Shown here: in pieces, positions 39,659 through 50,648 of the stretch | Numbering within the stretch: the first letter of the stretch is position 1 | Layout of the letters: each line of letters opens with the position of its first letter | DNA from: Stegostoma tigrinum | Lineage: Eukaryota | Length of the DNA stretch: 64,000 bases | Reading direction: 5' to 3' | NCBI RefSeq assembly: GCF_030684315.1 | Contig: NC_081356.1 | Location: 22,655,197-22,719,196 of the forward strand | Notes under the pieces: generated by a model | Seen by the model: only the letters and a program-made list of their open reading frames with translations | Database searches by the model: none | What the model was told of the DNA's origin: nothing | Translations under genes and position numbers: made by a program

Positions 39659-39685
39659 ATGGCCTCAATAGTGGAAGTACCGCAG
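39659..39685 (+). CDS. PLIN2: Perilipin-2 coding exon 1 (MASIVEVPQ)
   Basis: Acceptor taatgcag| before 39649, Kozak GCCATGG, donor CAG|gtacac. Resembles human MASVAVDPQ. Confidence 0.9.
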
Positions 39686-40115
39686 GTACACTTTTTCTCT
39701 CCTGTTCCCGGTTGGAAGTGTGTTTAGACCTGGAAAGCAACTCTGTATTTGCTAATGCTGACTAACCGTAACTGAACCTGCTGATCTAATGTGTTGGTTT
39801 TCACTAACGTTCCCTAACTGCTCAGTAGATTCGAACTCGAGTAACGTCTCAATCCGGTTGATCCCTGTCTGCTGACTTCTCTCGGGAATGCCTGGAACTC
39901 CCTTCCCTGTGAGGACTTGGGATAGGCTGAAGGTGATCTGAAAGTGTGGGGAAAGAGTGTGATTTTGTTGCTTTTCTTTTCCACGCCACTAACAGAGCTC
40001 TCTTTCCCCTTAAGTGACAGGAACTGAACTGGCATGTAAATACAAAGTCTCAAATGCAGATTATTGGTGGGGGAAAAAAAAACTATATTCACTCTAGTTT
40101 TTGTTTTTTCGTTAG

Positions 40116-40311
40116 AACGTGGTTGTTCGGGTGACTAACTTGCCGTTTCTCAGCACTGCCTATGATATGATGACATCTGTGTATGGCAGCACGAAGGAAA
40201 ATCACCCCTATCTGAAGTCTTTGTGTGAAGTTGCAGAGAAAGGTGTAACTGTCGTTTCATCTGTAGCCATCACCAGTGCTACACCAATACTTCAGAAATT
40301 GGAACCACAAA
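40116..40311 (+). CDS. PLIN2: Perilipin-2 coding exon 2 (PAT domain)
   Basis: ttag|[19 protein letters not shown]...[14 protein letters not shown]...PILQKLEPQ|gtaag; 196 nt. Confidence 0.97.
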
Positions 40312-40566
40312 GTAAGAATGTTCTCCTTTGCCCGCTTAGTCTTGATCCTTTTGAAGTCTATTATAATCTCACTAAGATCGATTTCAAGCAGAAGGAATGA
40401 AACTATTACTGAATAAACAAGACATATGCAAGCTATAACTTATAATTGCGTATTGCTGTGGGTGTGAGTGATAATGGGAACAGCAGATGCTGGAGAATCC
40501 AAGATAATAAAATGTGCGGCTGGATGAACACAGCAGGCCAAGCAGCATCTCAGGAGCACAAAAGCT

Positions 40567-40594
40567 GACGTTTCGGGCCTAGACCCTTCATCAG
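40567..40594 (-). ncRNA. Minimal hammerhead ribozyme motif in the PLE pLTR
   Basis: Reverse complement reads CTGATGAAGGGTCTAGGCCCGAAACGTC. Confidence 0.8.
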
Positions 40595-42050
40595 AGAGGG
40601 GGATGGGGAGAGGGAACTGGAATAAATAGGGAGAGAGGGGGTGGTGGACCGAAGATGGAGAGACAAGAAGATAGGTGGGGAGGGGATAGGTCAGTCCAGG
40701 GAATACGGACAGGTCAAGGAGGCGGGATGAGGTGGTAGGTGGGAAATGGAGGTGCAGCTTGACGTGGGAGGAAGGGTTGGGTGAGAGGAAGAACAGGTTA
40801 GGGAAGCGGAGACAGGCTGGGCTGGTTTTGGGATGCAGTGGGCGAGGGGAAGAACTGGGCTGGTTTCAGGATGCGGTGGGGGTAGGGGAGATTTTGAAGC
40901 TTGTGAAGTCCACATTGATACCATTGGGCTGCAGGGTTCCCAAGCGGAATATGAGTTGCTGTTCTTGCAACCTTCGGGTGGCATCATTGTGGCACTGCCA
41001 GAGGCCCATGATGGACATGTCGTCTGAGGAATGGGAGGGGGAGTTAAAATGGTTCGCGACTAGGAGGGGCAGTTGTTTCTTGCGAACCGCGCGAAGGTGT
41101 TCTGCAAAGTGGTCCCCAAGCCTCCGCTTGGTTACCCCAATGTAGAGGAAGCCACACCGGGTACAATGGATACAATATACCACATTGGCAGATGTGCAGG
41201 TGAACATCTGCTTGATATGGAAGGTCATCTTGGGGCCTGGGATAGGGGTGAGGGAGGAGGTGCGGGGGCAAGTGTAGCACTTCCTGCGGTTGCAGGGGAA
41301 GGTGCCGGGTGTGGTGGGGTTGGAGGGGAGTGTGGAGCGGAAAAGGGAGTCAGAGAGAGAGTGGTCTCTCCGGAAGGCAAATAAGGGTCGGGATGGAAAA
41401 ATGGCTTGGATGGTGGGCTCGGATAGTAGATGGCGGAAGTGTCGGAGGATGATGCATTGTATCTGGAGGTTGGTGGGGTGGTATATGAGAATGAGGGGGA
41501 TCCTCTGGGGGCGGTTGTGGCGGGGGCGGGGTGTGAGGGATGTGTTGTGGGAGACGCGGTCAACGGCATTCTCGACCACTGCGGGGGGTAAGTTGCGGTC
41601 CTTGAAGAATGTGGACATCTGGGATGTGCGGGATTGAAATGCCTCATCCTGGGAGCAGATGCGGCGGAGGCAGAGGAGTTGGGAATAGGGGATGGAATTT
41701 TTGCAGGAGGGTGGGTGGGAGGAGGTGTATTCTATGTAGCTGTGGGAGTCGGTGGGCTTGAAATGGACATCATTTCTAGCTGGTTGACTGAGAGGTCCAG
41801 GAAGGTGAGGGATGTGTTTGAGATGGCCCAGGTGAACTTGAGGTTGGGGTGGAAGGTGTTGGTGAAGTGGGGTGAGCTGTTTGAGCTCCTCTGGGGAGCA
41901 AGAGGTGGCGCCGATACAGTCATCAATGTAACGGAGGAAGAGCTGCGGTTTGGGGCCTGTGTAGGTCTACCTATCTTGTATTCTCTCCATCTTCGGACCG
42001 CCTCCCCCTCTCTCCCTATTTATTCCAGTTCCCTCTCCCCATCCCCCTCC

Positions 42051-42078
42051 CTGATGAAGGGTCTAGGCCCGAAACGTC
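42051..42078 (+). ncRNA. Minimal hammerhead ribozyme motif, sense to the PLIN2 pre-mRNA
   Basis: CTGATGAAGGGTCTAGGCCCGAAACGTC. Confidence 0.8.
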
Positions 42079-42365
42079 AGCTTTTGTGCTCCTGAGATGC
42101 TGCTTGGCCTGCTGTGTTCATCCAGCTCCACACTTTGTTATCTTGCTGTGGGTGTGGTCAGGTTGTAGTGTTCACTAAATATTTGTATTTGGCATGAGTC
42201 AGAAAGTGTCAACAAATGCCATCAGTTTCAGTATCGAACCACTTCTCTACAGGAAGATGCTTTAAGCTCCTGCCCTTTTGCCTATTTGTGGAGTGGCGAC
42301 TTGATGAATTGCACTTCTATTTTACCTTTCACCTAGTTCAGATGTATAAATAAACCAGGCTAATA

Positions 42366-42568
42366 AATTGTTAGAGATAGTGGTAGTTGCCGATGCTGGA
42401 GAATTTGAGATAACATGGTGTGAAGCTGAATGAACACAGCAGGCCAGGCAGCATGAGAGGAGCAGGAAAATTTACTGAAGAAGGGTCCTGGCCTGAAACG
42501 TCTAGCTTTCCTGCTCCTCTGATGCTTCTTGGCTTGCTGTATTCATCCAGCTTCACACCATGTTATCT
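42366..42568. mobile_element. Fold-back PLE-derived insertion with a sense hammerhead (42475-42502) and 10-bp TSD
   Basis: CAGGCTAATA at 42356-42365 and 42569-42578. Inverted arms. CTGAAGAAGGGTCCTGGCCTGAAACGTC. Confidence 0.8.
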
Positions 42569-42777
42569 CAGGCTAATAGATTTCTTGGAATAGCTTGTTG
42601 AATGCAGTATGTTTATTCAACTCTGGCACAAAATAAGCCTTTTTTGAGTGTTACCATTTATTCTACAGATTTTAAAAATTGCAGATTTTCAGTTATCAAC
42701 AATGCTATAGATAGACACTTTTGAGAATCATATGCATGAAATTAAGCTTAATACTGCTGATAAATAGCTTCTATCGA

Positions 42778-43071
42778 AGATTAGATTCCCTACAGCGTGG
42801 GAACAGGCCCTTTTGGCCCAACAAGTCCGCACGGCCCTTCGAAGCATCCCACCCAGACCCATTCCCCTATAACCCACGCACCCCTGAACACTATGAGCAA
42901 TTTTGCATGGCTAATCCACCTAGCCTGCACATCTTTGGACTGTGGGAGGAGACCCACGCAGACATGGGGAGAATGTGCAAATTCCACGCACAGTCAACCG
43001 AGGCTGGAATCAAACCTGGGTCCCTGGAGCTGTGAGGCTGCAGTGCTAACCATTGAGCCACTGTGCCACCC
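42778..43071 (-). mobile_element. HE1-type tRNA-derived SINE
   Basis: Head GGGTGGCACAGTGGCTCAATGGTTAGCACTGC...GGTTTGATTCC; LINE-like tail GGGCCTGTTCCCACGCTGTAGGGAATCTAATC. Confidence 0.88.
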
Positions 43072-43089
43072 AGATGGTGGTTCAGAAGT

Positions 43090-43430
43090 GATTTAGAATT
43101 GCTAGTGTAGAAAGAGTCCACTTGGCCCATTTGAGTCTGCACTGACCCTCTGACAAGCATCCCACCCATTCCCGTAACCCCACATAGGTTTTTATGTAAG
43201 CCATGGCTAACCCACCTAACCTGCACACTGAGGGAATTTTTAGCATGGCCAATCCACCTTACCTGCCCATGTATTTGACTGTGGGAGAAAACCGCAACAC
43301 TCGGAAGAAATCCATATGAATACTGACCTAACAGTGCAAACTCCACACAGACAGTCACCCAAGGCTGGAATTGAACCCAGGCCCCTGGCACTCTGTGAGG
43401 TAGTAGTGCTTGCCATTGTGCTGCTGAGTC
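43090..43430 (-). mobile_element. HE1-type SINE (older copy, tandem to the previous one)
   Basis: GGGTTCAATTCCAGCCTTGGGTGACTGTCTGTGTGGAGTTTGCAC on the minus strand. Confidence 0.8.
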
Positions 43431-43598
43431 ATGAGGCATTGCACTGATTGTAATTCTTTTATGTTTTTTATATAGTACACCTTCAAGAATAGATATATTA
43501 TCTTGGCTGATACCAGTAAAGTGTTTGACATTCCTTCAGTTGTCAAGTTTATATGTTGTGCTTTAAATGTTAACTCATACACAACTCTTCTTTTTTAG

Positions 43599-43681
43599 TT
43601 GCATTTGCAAATGGTTATGCCTGCAAAGGACTAGACAGAATTGAAGAGAAGTTACCTTTTCTCCACCAACCAACTGACCAG
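43599..43681 (+). CDS. PLIN2: Perilipin-2 coding exon 3
   Basis: ttag|(I)[27 protein letters not shown]|gtact; 83 nt. Confidence 0.97.
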
Positions 43682-44053
43682 GTACTGATTTTTGTTCTGA
43701 ATTCACCAGAACTATGCAATGAAATGGGCTTGTATGATATCAGACTAGATCAGAATGCTGAAAAAACACCAATCTGAGCATCTGTGGATAGAGAAACAGA
43801 GTTCATGCTTTGAGTCTGGTATGACTCTTCTGAAGAAATCATACCGTACTCAAAACATAACTCTGTTTCTTGCTTCACAAATGTAAAATATGAACATGTG
43901 ATGCTGTCACACCTCATTGCATTTTTCTTTCAGATTTCTTGCATCCATAGTATTTTACTTATTATTGTACAAAATCAATGCTTGTTCACTTGATGTTAAT
44001 ACCTTAGCTGCTCCATTCTTGCCTGTTTTTCATCTGGTCACACATGGGAGTGG

Positions 44054-44142
44054 AGTGATATCAGAGACTTGTTACTCTGCTTTAATTGCTGAAAAGAAGT
44101 GATATCAGAGACTTGTTACTCTGCTTTAATTGCTGAAAAGAA
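44054..44142. repeat. 44-bp perfect tandem duplication
   Basis: AGTGATATCAGAGACTTGTTACTCTGCTTTAATTGCTGAAAAGA x2. Confidence 0.9.
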
Positions 44143-44937
44143 ACATGAGGTTAAAGCTTTTGAACTTGCACTCAGCAGGACAGGCGTACAAATGCTCCCT
44201 ATGAAATTCGGCAACAGTCCATACGGCAAGAGAAAAGTGTGCTGGTTAGTTGGCACTGATTTGAGTTGTTGCATTCTCCATATCAATCATTATCACCTCA
44301 CCGAACAGTCAGCACTTTTCACTATGCATGTAAATTGCTCCATTGAAATTTGGCATTCTTTTTGTCCATTCAGATGTGTGCAGAATAAAAGGCTTCGGCG
44401 TTGTCCTCTTTTTTTTTTGTTTCAGCAATACCTATTTTTGCTTTCTTGATTTATGAGCAAGTTCTACCTCTCTGCCTGTGGAGAAATGTGATAGAGTATT
44501 TGGTTCGTGGTATGGATGATTGCTCATCCTTCACAAAATTGCAAGGTCTGTGAAGGTGCAAAGCTAATCTCCTGCAGTTCAATTGTGCATTTATTCACCA
44601 GGACTTTCAAATGTCCAGGTGAGCAGGGCATGTTAATGGCCAATAAGCTGGTGTTTTTAAGACAATAAATGAAATTTTGCTGTGGATTCAGGTCAACCTG
44701 CAGCTGCCTAAAGGTGCCAAATGCATTGGTAGGTCTGTGCAGATAAGTTGCTAATTTGGTATTTTGTGATGAAATATGAAGCAGATATTAAGCTGCTTTG
44801 TAAGTGTTCTGCGTTGAACCAGTTTTTCAATTGTCTTGAGACGTCCTCCTATGATGACCCAAAAAGTCTTATTTCACTAAAATTGTTATGACAAGCACTC
44901 CACCCCGCCCACCCCAAATTAGTATGAGATTGGAAAA

Positions 44938-45198
44938 AATCAGAATCCCTACACCAAGCCCTTCGGCCCAATGAATCCAGTGACCCTTGATGCATCCTGC
45001 CCAGGCCATCCCCCTATAACCCACCTAATCTGCAGATCCCTGAATACTATATGGGCAATTTAGCATGGTCAGTCCGACTACCCTGCACAATTTTGGACTG
45101 TGGCACCCCGAGGAAACCCACACAGACAGTCGCCCGAGTGGAATCGAACCTGGGTCCTGGCACTGTGAGGCAGCAGTGCTAACCACTGTGCCGCCCCT
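44938..45198 (-). mobile_element. HE1-type SINE
   Basis: GGGGCGGCACAGTGGTTAGCACTGCTGCCTCACAGTGCCAGGACCCAGGTTCGATTCC on the minus strand. Confidence 0.85.
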
Positions 45199-45410
45199 AA
45201 TCTTAAGGCTGGACCACCAAAAACTGGGGTCCCAAGAAACTGAGAATTGCAGGGAGCAGGTGGAAAAGTGCAGTTAAGATCAGTGATCGGACAAGATTTT
45301 GTATTAATTGACCAAATGAGCTCAAGCAGCTTAATGATTTATTTATTGTATTACATTATCAAATTTTGAATAGTTCCAAGTTCTGAGTGCTGTGGCCTTT
45401 TTTTTGACAG

Positions 45411-45675
45411 GTTGTTTCTAAGGTAAAAGAAATTGTCACCCACACTGTTACTGGTACCAGGGAGACTGTGGCAAATAAAATTACTGGGGTAGTGGACAAG
45501 ACAAAGGACACTGTCCATGAGAGTATTGAAATAACCAAAGCTGTGGTGAATGGCAGCATGAACTATCTAGTCGAATCACGTATGGGTAAAGCATTGAGCA
45601 TTGGAGTAAATTCAGCATTGAATATTTCTGAATTACTTGTAGATCATTATCTTCCTCTGACTGAAGATGAGCAAG
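45411..45675 (+). CDS. PLIN2: Perilipin-2 coding exon 4 (11-mer amphipathic repeats)
   Basis: acag|VVSKVKEIVTHTVTGTRETVANKITGVVDKTK...SELLVDHYLPLTEDEQ G|gtgag; 265 nt. Confidence 0.97.
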
Positions 45676-46821
45676 GTGAGAAACAATATGAATGTTCCCA
45701 ATAAAATCATCTGCATGACTTCCAAATTTTCCTTTACTTCATTGTGTATAGATACTATGCTTGTCAGGAAATTACTTGTTGACAAGGTAAGTTGAGGAAC
45801 ACATTTTCTCTGTCAGCAAGTAATAACATTAACATTCCACGTCTGATCTGGATTCATACTTTTCATACCTAACAGTTGACTAGAAATAAAACAAATCTGG
45901 AGTATTGACATTTTTACATAAATGATGATAATCTTTTAAAGTCAAAATAGCTGTGAATAGTTGGATCCAGCATTGATTTGACTAATACTATGCAATTAAG
46001 ATCACTTCCATTTTTTACTATTTTGAAATGTTTTTGTTTGAGTCCTACTTAACTGTGGCATTGCACCTGGAAAGTATAAACTTCACACTTTTTCATCCAT
46101 TCTTAACATATTGAGTGTCTACGCACCATTGCATTGAAGGCATTTAACATTCCTTTGCAGCTGGTATGTGTGTAGGAATTTGATGCTGATGCATGGAGCT
46201 CCTGTAAATCGTGCACAATATTATCAAATTGGGGATGGGGCAGAGAAACTAAGTGGAGTGCCTCAGCATCTCCAACTTCTGAAACATATGGTGTGTCACT
46301 TCCATTCTGTATGAAGATACTGGAAATTCTGCTGGTCTCAGCAACGTGCAATCCTTCAGCAGTGCCATTAAACATAGGCTCAAACTAAGATGTTAAGAGA
46401 ATGGCTGTATTATGCTAATGACACAATGGTTTCAATAACCTTTTCAATGTATTCTGTTTTTCTTTTGTTTTAAAATGCGAGTTGCAAAGATTTGCTATTC
46501 CCCCCCCCCCCCCCCCTACTGAATACATGCTTGCCATTATAACAAGTGAGTTAGATAACCATACTATGATTTTGAACACAAGTACCATGGGTATTTAATG
46601 GAAATAAATGAATCGTGTATTCAATATGGATAGGTAAACTGTGTTCCTTCTGCTTGGCCAGTCTTTTCCCAGCAACAACAGCACAGTTTGAGTATGGATG
46701 AATCTGCTTATGTAATCACCAAAGCCATGTTACAAATTGCTCTAAGTTTTATTTTTGATCTGAGATTGCCAGTTTAATGTTGAATTGGGTTCCAGTTGTA
46801 GATTAAATTTGTGCTTTGCAG

Positions 46822-47009
46822 CTACAGAAGAGAACAAGGGAACTAATGGATTTGAAATCGATCCTCTTAAACTGAGTCATTTTGAGAGGCTGGGATCACT
46901 TTCGACCAAAGTACGAAAGCGAACATATCAACAGGCCGTGGTCAAAGTTCACACTGCTAAGCAACGTGGTCAAGAGGCCATTTCTCAACTGCACCATACG
47001 ATTAATCTA
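46822..47009 (+). CDS. PLIN2: Perilipin-2 coding exon 5
   Basis: gcag|(A)TEENKGTNGFE...RLGSLSTKVRKRTYQQA...ISQLHHTINL|gtgag; 188 nt. Confidence 0.95.
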
Positions 47010-47431
47010 GTGAGTACACAAGTTAGTGTGTTGGTTAATTAGTCAGGTCATTTACTTTTGGTTTTTTTTTCAAGCAAACCGAATTTCAGTATTTTCACTA
47101 CAAAATGATTGGTTTGCAAAACCTGAGCATTCCAGTAATCCTTTTTTAATATTTATCTGGCAATGCATTTTGTGGACAAAAATCCCTAAATTCAAGGGAA
47201 GTATTAACTTACTTGTGCTATACACTGGTTTGAATTTAGTGAATCTTAAAATGAAATGTTATGCAGAGTAAGGCTGATATTTCAGCAATGTGAAACAAAT
47301 CTTGATTGCTAATTCCCAGGTTTAATTTTTGCATATCACCCTACTATAAGGTTGAGGACCATGAGCATTTCTGTGCCTAACTCCAGATACAGTGTGCTTT
47401 TTTTAATGCTAAACTGTCCTTCATATTCCAG

Positions 47432-47566
47432 ATAGAGTATGCCAGGGAAAATATGGGTACAGCAAATAAAAAAATCCATGATGCCCAGGATAAGCTATAT
47501 CATACATGGATAGAATGGAGGAAGTCTAACTTAGAACATGAAGACCATGAATCTTGTGCAGCAGAG
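47432..47566 (+). CDS. PLIN2: Perilipin-2 coding exon 6
   Basis: ccag|IEYARENMGTANKKIHDAQDKLYHTWIEWRKS...ESCAAE|gtgag; 135 nt. Confidence 0.97.
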
Positions 47567-47609
47567 GTGAGTGTGCATCATGATAGGCTCTTGTAAGTTA
47601 TTGATCCAA

Positions 47610-47912
47610 AGTCAGTCATAGTCATAAAGGTCTACAGTAGAGAAAAAGGCCCTTTTGGCCCATCAAACCTGCACCAGTCAAAACAAAATTTAAGTATTCT
47701 AATGCCATTTTCCAGCACTTGGCCCATAGCCTTGTATGTTTTGGCATTGCAAGTGTACATCAATATCTTTCTTAAATGTTATGCAGGTTTCTGCCCCTAC
47801 CACCCCTTTTATAGACAGTAAGTTCCAGTTTCCCAATACCCTCTGGATGAAAAAAGACATCCTCGCATCCCTTCTTGACCTTCTGCTCCTTAACTTTAAA
47901 TCAAGTCCCCTT
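47610..47912 (-). mobile_element. CR1 3' tail fragment
   Basis: FFIQRVLGNWN...FKKDIDVHL; (AGTCAT)n tail. Confidence 0.8.
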
Positions 47913-48741
47913 GCTGTACAATAACAGCTTTGGCTTGTGGCATTTTTTAATCTATGTCTGTGTGTATCCAACAAAAAACTGTCTGGCATTTGTATGACAT
48001 AACCTTTTTCTTTGCACTAAAAGCACTGAAAGATACAAGATCAAGAAGGAAAAGGCAGCTAATTTATCAAGTCTTTCCACTCCTGATGGAAGAATGTATC
48101 TGGACATATCTTGCTACTTCTTTTGTAGTGATGTCATTTGAAAATAGCTCAAAACCTGAGCACCAAGAGGAGCAAAATACTTCAGGAAAATTCCTGTCTA
48201 ATGTTCTTGGGAGGTTGAAACTGGGCTAGGAGATTGCATGGATTAAATGTTCTGGGACACTCTTTTTTTTATTGTTTTGCTTTCAGTAATCACAATTACA
48301 TGAATGACGAATTGCACCAACTACACATCAGCTGGTGACCAAATTCCAGAGGTTTATTAGTCTGTCTGAAATATAATCGCTCCCATCCTGTCTGTCCCTA
48401 TTCTTGCATAGGTTAAACTTATCTCCTTCTCTATTCATTTAATGAACTGGACTAAACTATTGCTTGGGACAGTATCCACTTCTTAAATTTATATACCATC
48501 ATCTGGCCTTCTCCTAAGTCTATACTGTGTAGTGAGTAGACAAATGCCCTTTTGAACCTGATGTTCTTTAACTGGGAATTATTATCATGATTCTTCTCTG
48601 GACCTCTTGCAAGACCAATTCTCACCTAAGAGGTGAAGAAGCAGGGATGTGTCGTTAAGAGACAGAATGTGTGCAGAGTACAGAAATCCATGAGAAAAAT
48701 CTGTTCTGTTCAAATATGTCTTTTTTTTATTTTATATATAG

Positions 48742-49071
48742 CAGGCTGAATCACGTACACTGGCCATTGCTTGGAATCTGAGCCAACAATTGCAGACAAC
48801 CTGCTTTGTGCTCGTAAGCAGTGTTTGGGGTTTACCTCAGAATGTTCAAGAACAGGTCCAGTACATAAATCTTCTGGCAAGAGAGATGTATTCCACTTTT
48901 AAGTCTAAAACATCATTCAGAGAACTGTCTAGCCAAATCCTCTCCACAAGTAAGGATCAGCTCACAAAAATGAAGGACTCACTGGATGGCCTGATGGATT
49001 ATTTGGTGAATAACACACCTCTGAATTGGCTGGTGGGTCCTTTCTACCCACAACTAACTGGGTCCCAATAG
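48742..49071 (+). CDS. PLIN2: Perilipin-2 last coding exon (4-helix bundle)
   Basis: tag|[10 protein letters not shown]...[33 protein letters not shown]. Total CDS 1224 nt = 407 aa. AATAAA signals near 49214 and 49517. Confidence 0.96.
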   Translation, partial: QAESRTLAIAWNLSQQLQTTCFVLVSSVWGLPQNVQEQVQYINLLAREMYSTFKSKTSFRELSSQILSTSKDQLTKMKDSLDGLMDYLVNNTPLNWLVGPFYPQLTGSQ

Positions 49072-49648
49072 GAAGGGGAGACTGAGACCATGGGAAAGAT
49101 GTCATCTGAGCAGGTGCGTACTTGTGATGCTTGACCATTATTTGTTATAGCATCTGTTTCTGTTTAACCACCTTCTTGCCACAGAAGTTCCCTTTTCTGA
49201 TGGAAGAAGATAAAATAAAAATCAAGATTTGACACTTCCTTTGAAATTGGTTTCATTTCATATGTATTTAATAAATCTCTGGGCAACCATGGCTTCAACT
49301 GCTAATCCTTTACATCAGTTGGCTCTTCCTGAAATGATTAGTTTTGAGGTTTTACTGCTGCAAGCTTTAACATTTGCAGGTTCATGGATGAAGATGGATT
49401 ATGGTGTTTCAAGTCCTTTAGTAATTGCTGTTGATTAGTCTGATCTCTTGTGCTGTCTCTCCATGAGATGCTCAGCCACTACATAGTTTTTTGCAACTAT
49501 ATGAAGGAATTTATACAATAAAAGAGTAACAGCCAATGTGTTGTCTGTTTGGAATTTCATTATCAGTACCCTATAGCCATTAAAAAGGCCCTATCACCGT
49601 TCCATGAAATTGTACAATAACACATTTTGACAGCCAGTTGCTAGAAAC

Positions 49649-49740
49649 AAGGGTCTAGACCTGAAATGTAAACTTTCCTGCTCTTCTGATGCTGCTTGAC
49701 CTGTGTTCATCCAGCTCTACACCTTAGCTCAGATTCTCAA
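49649..49740 (+). mobile_element. Short PLE pLTR remnant (truncated hammerhead) just downstream of PLIN2
   Basis: AAGGGTCTAGACCTGAAATGT...CTGATGCTGCTTGACCTGTGTTCATCCAGCT. Confidence 0.65.
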
Positions 49741-50217
49741 TTTTTTTAAAAAAAATTTTGCCTCATTACATTTTCAATTCTTACAGGATTGAAATGATCT
49801 AACTTGTAAGCCCTAGTCAAATCAAATATCATGTACCTCTTCAAGTATTACTGGAAACTGGCTAATGTTAGCAGGACTTGAATAACCATATTTGCTTTGA
49901 TTACAATGGTTGGGATATTGGTGCGCTAGATGGTGACATAAATAGGATCATAGAAGTTAGGAATGGTTATATTACTTTTACTGATAATGCATGATGTCCA
50001 AACTACAACTCTGATCTAGCCAAATGAAAAACTGGATTACAAAGGTCTTCTGCATAAGAATGCTTATTCATCAAGTTTGCCTTCCCTTTATTCAAAGTGA
50101 AAAGTAAATTCAGATCATAAAAGATAGTATCAAGACAAGCTGGATACTTGTTTTGGGATTTACTGTGTGGTGGGACTTTTTTAAAAAAAAATACATCTGA
50201 AGTGCTGTTGTGGAAAT

Positions 50218-50648
50218 GTAGAACATAGAACACTACAGTGCAGTACAGGCTCTTTGACCCTTGATGTTGTGTCGACCTGTGAAACCAATCTGAAGCCCAT
50301 CTAACCTACACTATTCCATTATCTCCCATATGTTTATCTAATGACCATTTAAATGCCCTTTAAAGTTGGTGAGTCTAATACTGGTGCAGGCAGGGCATTC
50401 CATGCCCTTGCTACTGAGTTTAAAAAACCACCTCTGACATCTGTCCTACATCTATCACCCCTCAATTTAAAGCTATGTCCCCTTGTGCTAACCATCACCA
50501 TCTGTGGAAAAAGGCTCTCACTGTCCACCCTATCTAATCTTGTGATCATCCTGTATGTCTAAGTCACCTCTTCAGCCTGTTTTCATTAGAGAGAAGAAGG
50601 TTAAAGTCCCTCGAGACCTCCCCTCCATACCAGGCAACATCCTGGTGG
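50218..50648 (-). mobile_element. CR1 3' fragment
   Basis: LDRVDSESLFP...TRGHSFKLRG; (TAGAACA)n tail. Confidence 0.85.

Larger units (their letters stand above)
40467..42142 (-). mobile_element. Penelope-like retroelement (Neptune-like), 5'-truncated with an inverted pLTR and 14-bp TSD, in a PLIN2 intron
   Basis: ORF 40866-41618 has a Cys linker (PCNRRKCYTC) and a GIY-YIG domain (NVVYCIHC...LYIG.TKRRL...F.EH). RT C-terminal remnant (HPNLKFT...FLDL). TTGCTGTGGGTGTG at 40453-40466 and 42143-42156. Confidence 0.92.

Noticed and set aside
33614-44142. Direct repeats considered as CRISPR-like arrays
   Set aside because: They are only two adjacent copies with no spacers, in a vertebrate context.
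45411-45490. PLIN2 11-mer region about 7 residues shorter than human
   Set aside because: This is an in-frame length variation in a repeat region and probably ordinary for non-mammalian PLIN2.
46501-46517. C17 homopolymer (a similar run lies at 55507-55521)
   Set aside because: Simple low-complexity run of unreliable length with no further structure.
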